A DNA stretch of 64,000 nt. It comes from an uncultured Candidatus Saccharibacteria bacterium. Lineage in GTDB: Bacteria; Patescibacteriota; Doudnabacteria; UBA920. The position numbers and the translations under genes are program-made. The notes beneath the pieces are model-generated. The model worked only from the letters and a program-made list of their open reading frames with translations. It ran no database searches and was not told the origin of the DNA. Positions 30,057 to 40,781 of the stretch are shown here, piece by piece (within the stretch, counting starts at the first letter, position 1; each line of letters opens with the position of its first letter). The stretch spans positions 3,733 to 67,732 of the forward strand of contig CAZXPB010000001.1 of assembly GCA_964642585.1 (NCBI GenBank). Reading direction: 5' to 3'.

Positions 30057-30452
30057 ATGCGAAAGATTAAAATCAGGCTAAGTCAAGCAGAAAACTACGC
30101 AACTGAAATAGCTCAAACCCTAAAAGGCGGTGAAGTTTTGGCTTTAATTGGAGAGCTTGGAAGTGGTAAAACTACCTTCACAAAAGCTTTAGGAAAAGCT
30201 TTGGGAATCAAGAGAAATATTCCCAGTCCAACTTTTGTGATGATGCAAGAATTTAAGACCAAACGAGGCTTGATCTTATATCATCTTGATTTGTACCGCA
30301 CTAAAAATTTTACCGAAGTGAAAAGTTTGGGAATCACAGAATGGTGGGGTCATCCTAAAACAGTAACAGTTTTAGAGTGGGCGGATAAAATTCAAGATCA
30401 CTTACCGAAAAAGACAATTTTTATATATTTAACAAGGGATAATGATTTATAA
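30057..30452 (+). CDS. tsaE: tRNA t6A biosynthesis ATPase TsaE (YjeE)
   Basis: GELGSGKTTFTKAL P-loop and SPTFVMMQEF motif. Confidence 0.85.
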   Translation: MRKIKIRLSQAENYATEIAQTLKGGEVLALIGELGSGKTTFTKALGKALGIKRNIPSPTFVMMQEFKTKRGLILYHLDLYRTKNFTEVKSLGITEWWGHPKTVTVLEWADKIQDHLPKKTIFIYLTRDNDL

Positions 30453-31710
30453 GAGTAATATTAATTTTAAATCAGTTACTATTTTTACAGTCACATTTAT
30501 TTCAGTGGCTGTGTTTGCAATGACTATTAACGAAGTCAACGCAAGCCCTTTTGATCAACAACCTGTTCCAACTTACAGTCCAGTCACTTCTACTGAAACA
30601 GTAACTACTGTTACTGTTCCGGAAAACTTAATTAAAGAATGGCGTGGACTTTACACTAGACCATCAGGATCCTTGCTTACATATTTAACAAAACCAAATT
30701 TAAAAGATTATTTATTTTCTTGGGCGTTTAATAAGCCACAAAAATCACCAACCAAAATTTACAAATTTAATCCAGCTGCAGTTTACTCTTGGACAGATCA
30801 AATTTCAAAAAATGTTAATCAACCTGCAAGTGAACCATCTATGAAAATCAAGGACGGTCGAGTAACAGAGTTTACTCCCCCACAAACAGGAAAACTTTTA
30901 GACAGTTACCGTAGTACTAAAAAAATTATTGACTCACTAAGTAAGGGTGAATCTACAATAGACTTAGTCGTCTATACCACAAAACCTAAAAAACCACTTG
31001 AAGAATTAAATAATTTAGGAATTAAAGAGTTAATTGGTAGAGGAGAATCAAAATTTACAGGTAGCCCTGCGAACAGAAGACATAATATTAAAATTGGTGT
31101 TCAAAAAATGACTGGAGTCATTGTAAAACCAGGAGAAGAATTTAGTTTTAATAAATATCTTGGGCCGGTAGAAGCATCCACTGGTTTTAAGCCAGAATTA
31201 GTAATTAAAGCTGAAGGGACTATACCTGAGTTCGGTGGTGGTCTTTGTCAGGTTTCATCTACTACTTTTAGGGCTGCTATGCACGCTGGCTTACCTATTA
31301 CTCAACGTCGTAATCATTCTTACGCAGTACAATACTATGCTCCTCAGGGAACAGATGCCACAATTTACCCAGGGGTGATTGATTTAAAATTTACCAACGA
31401 CACCGGAAACAGTATTCTAATTTGGCCTTATTTTAAAGATGATAACTATTTGGTTTTTGATTTCTATGGCACCTACGACAACCGAAAAGTAGAACTAGGA
31501 ACGCCGTACGCCTATGACAAGAAAAGTGACGGCTCTATGAAAGCCACTTGGAAACGCACAGTAACTCGTGTTGGAGAAGAACCAAAAAATGATGTGTTTA
31601 ACTCTGTTTACCAATCCCCTGCAAAATTCCATAAACAAGAAGAATTTCCAAAACCAAGTTCAGAAAATATAGATTTCATTCCTGTCTTAGCTCCACCAAT
31701 TGAAGAATAA
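30442..31710 (+). CDS. VanW-family protein (membrane-anchored)
   Basis: [30 protein letters not shown]...[26 protein letters not shown] is the VanW core; N-terminal TM anchor. Confidence 0.85.
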   Translation: MIYKSNINFKSVTIFTVTFISVAVFAMTINEVNASPFDQQPVPTYSPVTSTETVTTVTVPENLIKEWRGLYTRPSGSLLTYLTKPNLKDYLFSWAFNKPQKSPTKIYKFNPAAVYSWTDQISKNVNQPASEPSMKIKDGRVTEFTPPQTGKLLDSYRSTKKIIDSLSKGESTIDLVVYTTKPKKPLEELNNLGIKELIGRGESKFTGSPANRRHNIKIGVQKMTGVIVKPGEEFSFNKYLGPVEASTGFKPELVIKAEGTIPEFGGGLCQVSSTTFRAAMHAGLPITQRRNHSYAVQYYAPQGTDATIYPGVIDLKFTNDTGNSILIWPYFKDDNYLVFDFYGTYDNRKVELGTPYAYDKKSDGSMKATWKRTVTRVGEEPKNDVFNSVYQSPAKFHKQEEFPKPSSENIDFIPVLAPPIEE

Positions 31711-31712
31711 TT

Positions 31713-32729
31713 ATGATTACATCTAGCGACTCAGAAATAATCTTGGAGGCAAGTACTCTCCCAGAAGAACAAGGATTAGAAAATACTCTTCGTCCTCAAA
31801 CTTTAAAAGATTTCATTGGCCAAGAAGCTTTGAAGTCTAACTTAGATATTGTTATTCAAGCTGCCGCACTCCGTAAAGAAAACCTTGAGCATCTCCTTTT
31901 ATACGGCCCACCGGGTTTAGGTAAAACTACTTTAGCGAACATTATCGCTCGCGAACTTGGCGCAGGAATTAAAACTACTTCAGGACCTGCCATTGAACGA
32001 GCTGGTGATGTTGCATCTCTGTTAACAAATTTAAAAGATGGTGATTTTCTATTCATAGATGAAATTCACCGACTCAATAAAGTTGCAGAGGAAGTCCTCT
32101 ACCCAGCTTTAGAAGATGGTGCATTAGATATTATGGTTGGTAAAGGTCCTGGGGCAAGAAGTGTCCGCATGGAACTTCCGAAATTCACACTCATTGGAGC
32201 GACTACTAGAATTGGAATGATTTCCGCTCCGCTACGCGATCGATTTGGAATGATCTATCATCTAGACTACTATGACCATAGTGATTTAGAAAAAATTGTT
32301 CTAAGGTCAGCAAAAATTTTAAAGGCTGATTTAGATAAAAACGCTGCTAGTATCGTTGCTAAGCGAAGTAGGTTTACTCCTAGAATCGCAAATAGACTAT
32401 TAAAAAGAGTGCGCGACTTCGCTCAGGTTTCTGGCCATGATACAATAAATACTGAAGATGCTAACGAGGCCTTAAAATTACTTGAAATAGATGAATTTGG
32501 CTTAGACAAGCATGATCGTAAAATTCTAAGTGTAATTATTGAGACTTTCAAAGGTGGTCCTGTGGGACTTAATACAATTGCGGCATCAACTGGTGAGGAA
32601 GAAGATACTATCGCCGATGTACACGAACCATTCTTAATCCGCTCAGGTTTTCTAACAAGAACCCCAAAAGGTAGACAAGTTACAGAGCAGGCCTACGAAC
32701 ATTTAGGGTACAAAATTCCACTAATATAA
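31713..32729 (+). CDS. ruvB: Holliday junction ATP-dependent DNA helicase RuvB
   Basis: [18 protein letters not shown], sensor motifs, C-terminal winged helix. Confidence 0.95.
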   Translation: MITSSDSEIILEASTLPEEQGLENTLRPQTLKDFIGQEALKSNLDIVIQAAALRKENLEHLLLYGPPGLGKTTLANIIARELGAGIKTTSGPAIERAGDVASLLTNLKDGDFLFIDEIHRLNKVAEEVLYPALEDGALDIMVGKGPGARSVRMELPKFTLIGATTRIGMISAPLRDRFGMIYHLDYYDHSDLEKIVLRSAKILKADLDKNAASIVAKRSRFTPRIANRLLKRVRDFAQVSGHDTINTEDANEALKLLEIDEFGLDKHDRKILSVIIETFKGGPVGLNTIAASTGEEEDTIADVHEPFLIRSGFLTRTPKGRQVTEQAYEHLGYKIPLI

Positions 32730-32733
32730 GCTT

Positions 32734-32940
32734 ATGGATATAGATATAATAAAAACAATCACCACAATAACTTTCTTTGTTATAATAGGTTTTTTTACAA
32801 TTATTTCAATTCTTGGTGCTTTTGTGTTTATCCGATATGGAAGAACAAAAAGTATTACTGTTTTAATGAGTCTGGGTTTTGGTGGATTATTTTTCTTAGG
32901 AGTACTATCTGCTTATTTAACTCTTCAGAGTATATTTTAA
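32734..32940 (+). CDS. small two-TM membrane protein
   Basis: 68 aa, two hydrophobic helices, tightly packed between ruvB and the next gene. Confidence 0.5.
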   Translation: MDIDIIKTITTITFFVIIGFFTIISILGAFVFIRYGRTKSITVLMSLGFGGLFFLGVLSAYLTLQSIF

Positions 32941-32941
32941 T

Positions 32942-33514
32942 ATGATCAATAATTCTAAAGACTACGAGACGGTTCCTTTTGAAAAACTGTTTCCTAGTCA
33001 GCAACCAAACGAAAAAATTGTTATTGCAGTTAGAGAACATTGGTTTCGACTTGCTATTAAAATTTTTGCAGTGATTATCCTTTCTTTTTTACCTTGGGTA
33101 TTTGAAACTCTAATTATTGGAGGCTCTGTTTTAGAACGAAGTATCACCGCAGAAGCAATCTTCGCTACATTAAAAAGTGTTTACTATTTAGGTTTATTAG
33201 TAGCTCTGTTTATTATTTATATTCTTTATTATCTAAATTTTCATGTTGTTAGTGTTGAAAGAATTGTTGACATAGATCAAACTGGTTTATTGTTTAGAGA
33301 AGTGTCTGAATTAAACATTGAAACTATTGAAGATGTAACTAGTCAGAAAAAAGGGTTATTAGGAAATTTGTTTAACTACGGGACTGTGTTTGTGCAAACT
33401 GCCGGCGCAACCGAACGATTTGAATTTCATAACATTGCTAATCCAGAAGAAATCACTTCTATTATTTTAAAGCTCTATGAACAACATGGTGACAGAGAAA
33501 GACCAAAACCATAG
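32942..33514 (+). CDS. membrane protein with bacterial PH-like (YdbT/DUF304-like) domain
   Basis: 190 aa. Two TM segments after an N-terminal region; overall architecture typical of bPH_2 proteins (tentative). Confidence 0.5.
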   Translation: MINNSKDYETVPFEKLFPSQQPNEKIVIAVREHWFRLAIKIFAVIILSFLPWVFETLIIGGSVLERSITAEAIFATLKSVYYLGLLVALFIIYILYYLNFHVVSVERIVDIDQTGLLFREVSELNIETIEDVTSQKKGLLGNLFNYGTVFVQTAGATERFEFHNIANPEEITSIILKLYEQHGDRERPKP

Positions 33515-33544
33515 TTTGTTTCATCACTTTATTTCTCAAATATT

Positions 33545-34630
33545 ATGAATATATTAATTTTTGCAGGCGGGTCTGGTACCCGTCTTTGGCCAGCTAGTCG
33601 AAAAGCAAAACCAAAACAACTCTTAAAATTAGTTGATAATAAAACCCTCTTAGAAAATACTTACGAGAGATGTTCAGGTTGGGCAAAAAAGAATCAAATT
33701 TATATTGCAACTTTAAGTGAGTATAAAAATTCAATCCAGAAACAAGTCCCAGAAATTCCTAATTCGCACTATTCTCTAGAACCAGCACTCCGAGACCGCG
33801 GTCCTGCAATTGGTCTCGCAGCTTTAATAATGCACCATCAAAATCCGAAGTCTACTTTCATGACCATGTGGAGTGATCATAATATTAAAGAAAAGCCTGG
33901 TTACTTCAAAAAGTTACTTGCACAAGCCGATAAATATCTAAATGAAAATCCTGAAAGCACGGTCACTATCGGGGTAAAACCAACTTTCCCCCACACCGGC
34001 TTTGGGTACATTAAGCGTGGTATAAATATTCCTAATCCATATAAACTTCCGCTTTCAAAAGTTTCAAAGTTTGTAGAAAAACCAAACCTAAAACTTGCTG
34101 AAAAGTTTTTAAAATCTGGCGACTATCTTTGGAATAGTGGTTACTTTATTTGGAAAACTGAAACCTTACTAAAACTCTATAAAAAACATCTTCCTGAAGT
34201 TTACGAAATTCTCATGAAGATAAAACCAAGTCTTGGAACTAAAAATCAACAGAAAGAAATTAATAAGTGGTATCCAAAGTGTCCAAAAGTAGAAGTTGAA
34301 CAAGGTTTATTAGAAAAAATTACTTCTGGAATCGTAACTATAGAAGCAAATTTTGATTGGATTGATGTTGGAAGTTGGAAAGTTATTAAAGATATCCAAA
34401 CTAAAAAAGACCAAAATGTTTCGCAAGGTCTCCATTTAGATGTTGAAAGTAAAAACACTTTAGTCTATAACTATTCTTCAAAACAATTAGTGACAACTTT
34501 AAACGCTAATAATTTAGTAATAGTAGTTACAGACGATGCCATCCTCGTCGCCGACAAAGAGAACAGTACTGAACTAAAAAAGATTACCGCCAAACTAAAA
34601 GAAAATAAAAAACTAAATAAGTATTTGTAA
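33545..34630 (+). CDS. mannose-1-phosphate guanylyltransferase-like sugar nucleotidyltransferase
   Basis: MNILIFAGGSGTRLWPASRKAKPKQLL nucleotidyltransferase signature. Confidence 0.8.
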   Translation: MNILIFAGGSGTRLWPASRKAKPKQLLKLVDNKTLLENTYERCSGWAKKNQIYIATLSEYKNSIQKQVPEIPNSHYSLEPALRDRGPAIGLAALIMHHQNPKSTFMTMWSDHNIKEKPGYFKKLLAQADKYLNENPESTVTIGVKPTFPHTGFGYIKRGINIPNPYKLPLSKVSKFVEKPNLKLAEKFLKSGDYLWNSGYFIWKTETLLKLYKKHLPEVYEILMKIKPSLGTKNQQKEINKWYPKCPKVEVEQGLLEKITSGIVTIEANFDWIDVGSWKVIKDIQTKKDQNVSQGLHLDVESKNTLVYNYSSKQLVTTLNANNLVIVVTDDAILVADKENSTELKKITAKLKENKKLNKYL

Positions 34631-34634
34631 ACAA

Positions 34635-34716
34635 TAAAAAATGTTATCTATTCACTGAAGCGTCGCCTTCAGCCGTTCAGGCTTCGACTCCGAAACGTTC
34701 ATAGATAACATTTTTT
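34635..34716. terminator. bidirectional terminator with nested palindrome between manC-like gene and recF
   Basis: 16-bp outer inverted repeat aaaaaatgttatctat/atagataacatttttt enclosing inner palindrome ctgaagcgtcgccttcag. Confidence 0.6.
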
Positions 34717-34731
34717 ATTTTTTAAATATTT

Positions 34732-35817
34732 TTAAGCTTCTTCTTGTTGAGCGCTTGGGCTTAATGTTACATGTTGCCCCACCATTTCTAATGGATGGGT
34801 TGTAGTAATAAAGGTTTGAAATTTACCTTGAAGGTATTTTAATAAGAAAGTTCTACGAGTATCATCTAGTTCTGAGAGGACATCATCAAGTAGTAGAATT
34901 GGTGTATTTCCCTCTTTTGTTAAGTATTCAAGTTCCAGAATTTTTAGAGCTAAGACCTGGCTTCTCTGCTCGCCTCTGGAGGAAAAAGAGACTAAGTACA
35001 ACCCTTCGCTCTGTAAGTCAAAATCATCGCGGTGTGGACCAATTAGAGATGTCCCAGCGCCAATCTCACGGCTACCTAGCTTCTCTAAAGCTGCTGCAAA
35101 CTCAGCTTTTATCTCTTCTAAGGTATCACCAGGGATAGTTTCATAAATTACTTCGATTGTCCTGTGGAATTGTGAAATTCCTGCATACACCTCAGATATA
35201 TTTTGGTTTAAATAATTAATGAAATGCTTTCTTTCAAAAATAATTTGAGAGCCAATTTCTACCAATTGTTCATTCCACGAAGGTAGTGCCTCTGAAGAAG
35301 ATTTGCCAGCGCGAACATCTGCCAGTAATCTATTTTTTTGAGTTAGTATTTTTTTATATTGGGCTAAATTATCTAGGTACTCAATACTTTTTTGCGAAAG
35401 TACCATATTTAAATATTTGCGACGGGCTTCTGGTTGATGTGTAAATAGATCTACATCTGTTGGTTCGAAAATTACAACTTTTAAATATCCTTGTGCCTCT
35501 TTACGTTTCTTCTTAACTCCATCAATCTTAAAGTTAGCATAAATCCGATCTCTTTTTTCCAGAAATACCTCTAGGGTGTGTTCGGATTCATTACTTTCTA
35601 AATCTACTTTAATTTCAGCATTAGTGGTTCCTTGTAAAAAAATAAATTCTGCATCATCACGGAAAGATTTAAATAATGAACTAAAATAAACTGATTCAAG
35701 TAAATTAGTTTTTCCTACAGCATTTGGTCCTGAAAGAACCACCATATCACTAGTAATAGCTAAATCCAGACTAGGATAATTGCGGATATTCTTAATTTGT
35801 AAGTTTGTAATTTTCAT
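34732..35817 (-). CDS. recF: DNA replication and repair protein RecF
   Basis: GPNAVGKTNLLES Walker A, SMC-like signature; lies downstream of dnaN. Confidence 0.93.
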   Translation of the reverse strand: MKITNLQIKNIRNYPSLDLAITSDMVVLSGPNAVGKTNLLESVYFSSLFKSFRDDAEFIFLQGTTNAEIKVDLESNESEHTLEVFLEKRDRIYANFKIDGVKKKRKEAQGYLKVVIFEPTDVDLFTHQPEARRKYLNMVLSQKSIEYLDNLAQYKKILTQKNRLLADVRAGKSSSEALPSWNEQLVEIGSQIIFERKHFINYLNQNISEVYAGISQFHRTIEVIYETIPGDTLEEIKAEFAAALEKLGSREIGAGTSLIGPHRDDFDLQSEGLYLVSFSSRGEQRSQVLALKILELEYLTKEGNTPILLLDDVLSELDDTRRTFLLKYLQGKFQTFITTTHPLEMVGQHVTLSPSAQQEEA

Positions 35818-35824
35818 AAATTGA

Positions 35825-36919
35825 TTATAGCCGAATTGGCATTATTAAGTATAGGTAATTTTTATTATCTTCTGGCCTGAATACAACTGGATTCGTATCA
35901 TCAATTACATGCATATTAATTTGCTCTGATTCGGTGTTTAATAAAAGATCTAAAATATATCTGTAATTCATTATAACTGATCCAGATATACCAGTAATTG
36001 TACAAGGAATATCAATAATACTTTCCCCCACCCCTTGAGATGAGGATTTAGTTTGGAGAATCTGTTTTTCAACATCAAAATTTAAATTGATACTCCCTAC
36101 ACCCTTAGAAAAAATTCCACTTGTCTTTAATGCTGAAAGTAAATCTTTATGTTGTAATGTAATTACAGTTCCTTTTTCAGTAGGAATAATTTGAGAATAC
36201 TCAGGATATTGTCCATCAATTAATCTAGTGACTAGGTATGTATCATTAACAGAAACCGCTATTTGAGTTTCACTAATATCTAATTGTGTTGATTCAGTAG
36301 AATTTAACAGTAATCGGGATAGTTCTAAAATACTGCGATGAGGAATAATTACAGACTTATTAAAATCAGAGTTAATATTTAAAATATACTCAGATAATCG
36401 ATATCTATCTGTCGCTGTAACTGTTAACTTTCCAGAATCAAATTTAAATAAAACCCCAGAAAGTTCAGGTTGGGTTTCACTAGTACTTGCTGAAAAAACT
36501 ACTGAATCGATTGTACTCTTTAAGATATTTGAAGGGATAGAGATACTTTGAGAATCTTCAATTACTGGGATAATCGGAAATTCCTCAACTGGTATGTGTT
36601 TGATTTTAGTTTGGTATCTTGTTGTAGAAACTTTAGTTTCAACTTCACCTACTTCAATTGTAATGTTTTCGTTTGGGAGATTATTAACTAAATCAAGAAG
36701 AACTTTTGCTGTTAGACAAACACCGCCTTCAACTTCAATCTTACAACGAATGACTGTACTAATTCCCATTTCTAAATTCGTTGCTGATATCTTTAACTGA
36801 CCATTCTCGGTGTTAAGTAAAACATTGTTTAAAACAGGAAGTGTTTGACTAGAACCGACTACTCTAGATACTTGAGCTAATCCATTCTTTAAATTTTCTT
36901 GTGTACAAATAATTTTCAT
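35825..36919 (-). CDS. dnaN: DNA polymerase III beta sliding clamp
   Basis: 364 aa, three-domain clamp architecture; dnaA-dnaN-recF order. Confidence 0.93.
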   Translation of the reverse strand: MKIICTQENLKNGLAQVSRVVGSSQTLPVLNNVLLNTENGQLKISATNLEMGISTVIRCKIEVEGGVCLTAKVLLDLVNNLPNENITIEVGEVETKVSTTRYQTKIKHIPVEEFPIIPVIEDSQSISIPSNILKSTIDSVVFSASTSETQPELSGVLFKFDSGKLTVTATDRYRLSEYILNINSDFNKSVIIPHRSILELSRLLLNSTESTQLDISETQIAVSVNDTYLVTRLIDGQYPEYSQIIPTEKGTVITLQHKDLLSALKTSGIFSKGVGSINLNFDVEKQILQTKSSSQGVGESIIDIPCTITGISGSVIMNYRYILDLLLNTESEQINMHVIDDTNPVVFRPEDNKNYLYLIMPIRL

Positions 36920-37199
36920 TAGTATTGGTATTTATTTATTTAAAATTTAGAAATACATAATAATAAAGGGGGTGGAAAAGCGGATAACTTATTTATTTAG
37001 GTGAAACTAGTAATATTTTAGTTAAATTGTATCAAATTACGGTGTGGACTAACGTACTAATTATGAGTGATAAAGATTGGATAAAGTTTTTATAAACTCT
37101 GGATAAACTATTTATAAATTATTTACCTGTGTAAAACTATCTACTTATCCAGAGTTAAATATTTTTATCCATACCGATATACACAACTTAACTACTTAC
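36920..37199. promoter_or_regulatory. oriC candidate (dnaA-dnaN intergenic): clustered DnaA boxes plus AT-rich unwinding region
   Basis: TTATCCAGA, TTATCCATA, ctTTATCCA(rc), gTTTATCCAg(rc), TTATCCGC(rc) within 280 bp; AT-only stretch at 36935-36975. Confidence 0.7.
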
Positions 37200-38585
37200 T
37201 TATCCATAGATTTTTTCAAGAATTAAATCTATTTCCTGTTTAATATTATCTCCGCTAGACACCGCTGTTTCTATTTTTTCAACACCATGCATTACTGTAG
37301 TATGGTCCCTTCCCCCAAAGAAGTCACCAATTGCCGGGAATGAGCTATTCAATTCTTTCCTAGCAATATACATAGCGGCTTGTCTAGGTTTAACATACTC
37401 TTTTCGACGGGATTGTTTTAATAAATCTTCTACTGTAATCCCATAGAAATTTGCTACACTCTCCGCAATCTTAGTAAATGTAACTGCTTTTTTCTTAGAT
37501 TTAACAATATTAGCTAGGATAACTTTCGCTTGATCCAAAGTTAATGGGTTATTTTCAATTTGTTGATAAATAATTAACTTATTTAAAGCGCCTTCTAATT
37601 CTCTAATATTATTTACAACATTTTCCGCAATAAACTCAGTAACCTCTTTTGAAAACTGAATATTTCGTTTTCCCATTTTAGTTTGTAAGATTGCAATTCT
37701 AGTTTCAAGAGTTGGGGCACTAATATCCACCACCATTCCCCACTCAAATCTAGATACTAATCGTTGCTCAATAGCTGGAATATCTTTAGGAAGTCTATCA
37801 GCAGTTAAAATTATTTGTTTTCCTTTATCTCTTAATTCATTAAAAGTGTGGAAAAATACTTCTTGAGTTTGTTCTTTACCAGCAATAAATTGTACATCGT
37901 CTACAAGTAGCATATCTACATTTCGGTAAAGATTTTTAAACCCTTCCATCCTCTTTTGTCCTAAGGCAGCCACATAGTCGTTAGTAAACTTCTCACTAGT
38001 GACATAAAGAACTTTAAGGTTTGGATTAGAAGATAAATAACGGTTACCAATTGCGTGCATTAAATGAGTTTTACCAAGACCAACACCACCGTAAATAAAC
38101 AAAGGGTTGTATTGAGTGCCTGGATTTTTTGAAACTGCGGTACTTGCTGCATAAGCCAGTTCGTTATTTTGACCGACTACAAAAGTATCAAAAGTATATT
38201 GATTATTTAAGTTACTGCTATTTGGCGAAGTTTTTTGATTATTATCCTTTACTTTTAGATTTTCTTCTTCTGGGATTGCGTTAATATCTGATTTTTTATC
38301 TGAATCCGCTTTTGTTTGGCTGGTTGAGTCCGCATTTTTGAAGTGCCCAACATAGTATTTAATAACTTTTACCTCAGGGGCGATGGATTTTAACGCTTTT
38401 AGGAGGTTTGTGTGGTATTTACTAGAAATCCAGTCTCTTGTGAAGTTACTTGGTACCCCAACTACAATATAATCGTCGTTTTTCTCAATAATTCCAGTGT
38501 TTTTAAACCAAGTACCAAAGGTCATTTTACTTAATGAAACCTCTAAATCACCTATAATTGCTTGCCATAGTTGTTGGTTTGTCAT
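37200..38585 (-). CDS. dnaA: chromosomal replication initiator DnaA
   Basis: GGVGLGKTHLMHAIGN Walker A, box VII, C-terminal DNA-binding domain; -10 TAGAAT 8 nt before ATG. Confidence 0.97.
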   Translation of the reverse strand: MTNQQLWQAIIGDLEVSLSKMTFGTWFKNTGIIEKNDDYIVVGVPSNFTRDWISSKYHTNLLKALKSIAPEVKVIKYYVGHFKNADSTSQTKADSDKKSDINAIPEEENLKVKDNNQKTSPNSSNLNNQYTFDTFVVGQNNELAYAASTAVSKNPGTQYNPLFIYGGVGLGKTHLMHAIGNRYLSSNPNLKVLYVTSEKFTNDYVAALGQKRMEGFKNLYRNVDMLLVDDVQFIAGKEQTQEVFFHTFNELRDKGKQIILTADRLPKDIPAIEQRLVSRFEWGMVVDISAPTLETRIAILQTKMGKRNIQFSKEVTEFIAENVVNNIRELEGALNKLIIYQQIENNPLTLDQAKVILANIVKSKKKAVTFTKIAESVANFYGITVEDLLKQSRRKEYVKPRQAAMYIARKELNSSFPAIGDFFGGRDHTTVMHGVEKIETAVSSGDNIKQEIDLILEKIYG

Positions 38586-38760
38586 AATAATTCATTCTAA
38601 CTTAGAAGTTATCAACATGTAAAATGGGTATTTTTCCCTCATAAATAAGCCAAATTTATTTAACTCTGTTCATAACTTGTTGATAACCTGTGCTTAATAG
38701 CTAAATCCTTATAATATACATCATCCTCTACTTTATAACCCTGTGGAAAAGCGGATAATC
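38586..38760. promoter_or_regulatory. second DnaA-box cluster upstream of dnaA
   Basis: Inverted pair of TTATCAACA boxes (38611 and rc at ~38678) and TTATCCGC (rc); tggaaaagcggataa motif shared with 36971-36988. Confidence 0.6.
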
Positions 38761-38761
38761 A

Positions 38762-38790
38762 TTGACTATTTTTTTTGAATTCTTTATAAT
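38762..38790 (+). promoter_or_regulatory. consensus sigma70 promoter TTGACT-17-TATAAT of rpmH, 6 nt before ATG (leaderless)
   Basis: Read directly. Confidence 0.6.
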
Positions 38791-38796
38791 TACCCA

Positions 38797-38931
38797 ATGA
38801 AAAGAACTTACCAACCGAAAGTAAAAAAGCGTAAGCGAGTCCACGGGTTTATGGCTAGAATGCAAACTCGAACTGGTAGAGCAGTATTAGCCCGTCGTAG
38901 ACTTAAAGGGCGAAAAAGCCTCACAGTATAG
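38797..38931 (+). CDS. rpmH: 50S ribosomal protein L34
   Basis: [44 protein letters not shown] (44 aa), below the ORF-track size cutoff; classic position next to rnpA. Confidence 0.93.
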   Translation: MKRTYQPKVKKRKRVHGFMARMQTRTGRAVLARRRLKGRKSLTV

Positions 38932-38959
38932 TTTTTTAATATAAACCAACAGGAAATAT

Positions 38960-39295
38960 ATGCTTTCTCAAAAACACCGCCTCTCTAGGTCAGCTGACGT
39001 TAAACAAACAACAGCCCGAGGGCGGAGTTTTTTTAATCCATATTTTGTGATTAAATTTAGTGCCAATCCCGAAACTACTTTGATTACAGTAATCGTTTCA
39101 GTAAAGGTTTCAAAAAAAGCTGTGATTAGAAATAAAATTAAACGAATTGTTCGTGATGAACTGCGTAAGCAAATCACTTCCTTAAAAAATGGCAATTACG
39201 CTTTCATAATCAAACCTAGCGTTTTAAAGATTGATAGTAAACAACTAAGAGAACAAATTAACTTTAGTTTAAAGAATGCAAAAATTATTAATTAA
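38960..39295 (+). CDS. rnpA: ribonuclease P protein component
   Basis: 111 aa basic protein with RNR-like motif; rpmH-rnpA-yidD-yidC order. Confidence 0.9.
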   Translation: MLSQKHRLSRSADVKQTTARGRSFFNPYFVIKFSANPETTLITVIVSVKVSKKAVIRNKIKRIVRDELRKQITSLKNGNYAFIIKPSVLKIDSKQLREQINFSLKNAKIIN

Positions 39296-39515
39296 TATAA
39301 TTAAGCTATATCAAAAAACACTATCCCCGGATCATGGTTGGTTTAGAGCTAGATGGCCAAATGGTTATTGTAGATTTCACCCAACTTGTAGCCAATATGC
39401 TGTCGAAGCAATTCAAACGCACGGTAACATAAAAGGAATATTTCTTGGGGGTAAAAGAATAATAAAATGTAACCCTTTTTCTAAGCCTGGCGTAGATCCG
39501 GTTCCTAAACTATAA
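39276..39515 (+). CDS. yidD: membrane protein insertion efficiency factor YidD
   Basis: CRFHPTCSQYAVEAIQTHG signature. Confidence 0.9.
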   Translation: MQKLLINIIKLYQKTLSPDHGWFRARWPNGYCRFHPTCSQYAVEAIQTHGNIKGIFLGGKRIIKCNPFSKPGVDPVPKL

Positions 39516-39536
39516 TAAAAGAACTAAACAAAACAT

Positions 39537-40241
39537 ATGATTGAACTATATAACACTATTATTTACGAACCAATTTTAAACCTTTTGGTTTGGCTATACA
39601 ACACAGTCCCAGGACATGATATTGGAATTGTAATTATTCTGGTCACAATTGTGATTCGTTTAATTCTTGCTCCTTTTATGCATAAATCTTTGAAGAGCCA
39701 AAAATCAATGAGCGCTCTTCAACCAAAGATCAAAGAACTTAGAGAAACCCATAAAGAAGACCAACAAGAACAAGCTAAAGCTATGATGGCTCTGTATAAA
39801 GAACATAATGTTAGCCCATTCTCTTCTTGTCTACCGTTATTAATTCAACTCCCAATTCTAATTGCTTTATACCAAGTTTTTGCTAAGGCTTTAAAAGGAA
39901 ATTTAGATGGTTTGTATGCTTTCATTTCTAACCCTGGAATGTTAAATCCAAAGTTCCTTGGACTTATTGATTTAGCAAATCCAAATATTATTTTTGCAGT
40001 TATTGCTGGGTTGGTGCAGTTCTGGCAATCTTGGATGGTAACAAAATGGCAAGGCACTGGTGCTAACGATGCAACTGCAAAAGCTTTGAACATTCAAATG
40101 CTTTATATCTTGCCACTTGTATCAGTATTTATCGCTTGGAGACTTCCTGCCGGGCTACCTCTTTACTGGATTGTAACCACCTTATTTGCTGTTCTCCAAC
40201 AGTACTACATTAACCGTACTCACAAAGTAGAAATTAAATAA
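39537..40241 (+). CDS. yidC: membrane protein insertase YidC (short Gram-positive-type)
   Basis: 234 aa, 5 TM, conserved YidC/Oxa1 core. Confidence 0.9.
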   Translation: MIELYNTIIYEPILNLLVWLYNTVPGHDIGIVIILVTIVIRLILAPFMHKSLKSQKSMSALQPKIKELRETHKEDQQEQAKAMMALYKEHNVSPFSSCLPLLIQLPILIALYQVFAKALKGNLDGLYAFISNPGMLNPKFLGLIDLANPNIIFAVIAGLVQFWQSWMVTKWQGTGANDATAKALNIQMLYILPLVSVFIAWRLPAGLPLYWIVTTLFAVLQQYYINRTHKVEIK

Positions 40242-40255
40242 TTAAATTTAATCTC

Positions 40256-40735
40256 ATGGCAGACTATCAATCAATAGAATATATTCAAAAGACAATCCAA
40301 GCTCTTTTAGAGAGTATGGATATTTCCGCTCGGATTGAATATGAAGATAGTCTCGCTTCAGGTTTAGTATTTAATATCCGCAGTCGTGATGCAAAAATGT
40401 TAATAGGTAGACAAGGTGCAACACTCTACGCTTTAGAACATTTAGTACATTCAATTGTTTCCCGAAATTTGTCTCAAACTAAATCCGAAACTGATAATCG
40501 CATTTTCTTTTCAATCGATGTAGATGACTATAAACGCAATCGGCAGTATCAGATTAAACAGTTAGTGAAAGATAGTGTTCTAGAGATGAAACGCACGGGT
40601 CAACCTATAGACTTGCCAGATATGCCAAAGCCAGAGCGAAAATTTGTTCATATGTATATTCAAGAACAATTCCCACACATTACAACAGCTAGTGTTGGTG
40701 ATGAACCCCGCCGATATATCAAACTTACTTTGTAA
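40256..40735 (+). CDS. jag: Jag/KhpB-like RNA-binding protein (KH + R3H)
   Basis: C-terminal R3H-like region; canonical position after yidC. Confidence 0.8.
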   Translation: MADYQSIEYIQKTIQALLESMDISARIEYEDSLASGLVFNIRSRDAKMLIGRQGATLYALEHLVHSIVSRNLSQTKSETDNRIFFSIDVDDYKRNRQYQIKQLVKDSVLEMKRTGQPIDLPDMPKPERKFVHMYIQEQFPHITTASVGDEPRRYIKLTL

Positions 40736-40778
40736 AAATAAAAAAACACTAGTCAGATTAGACTAGTGTTTTTTGTAG
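40735..40778. terminator. bidirectional terminator between jag and PBP gene
   Basis: aaaaaacactagtc-agat-tagactagtgtttttt. Confidence 0.8.
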
Positions 40779-40781
40779 CTA

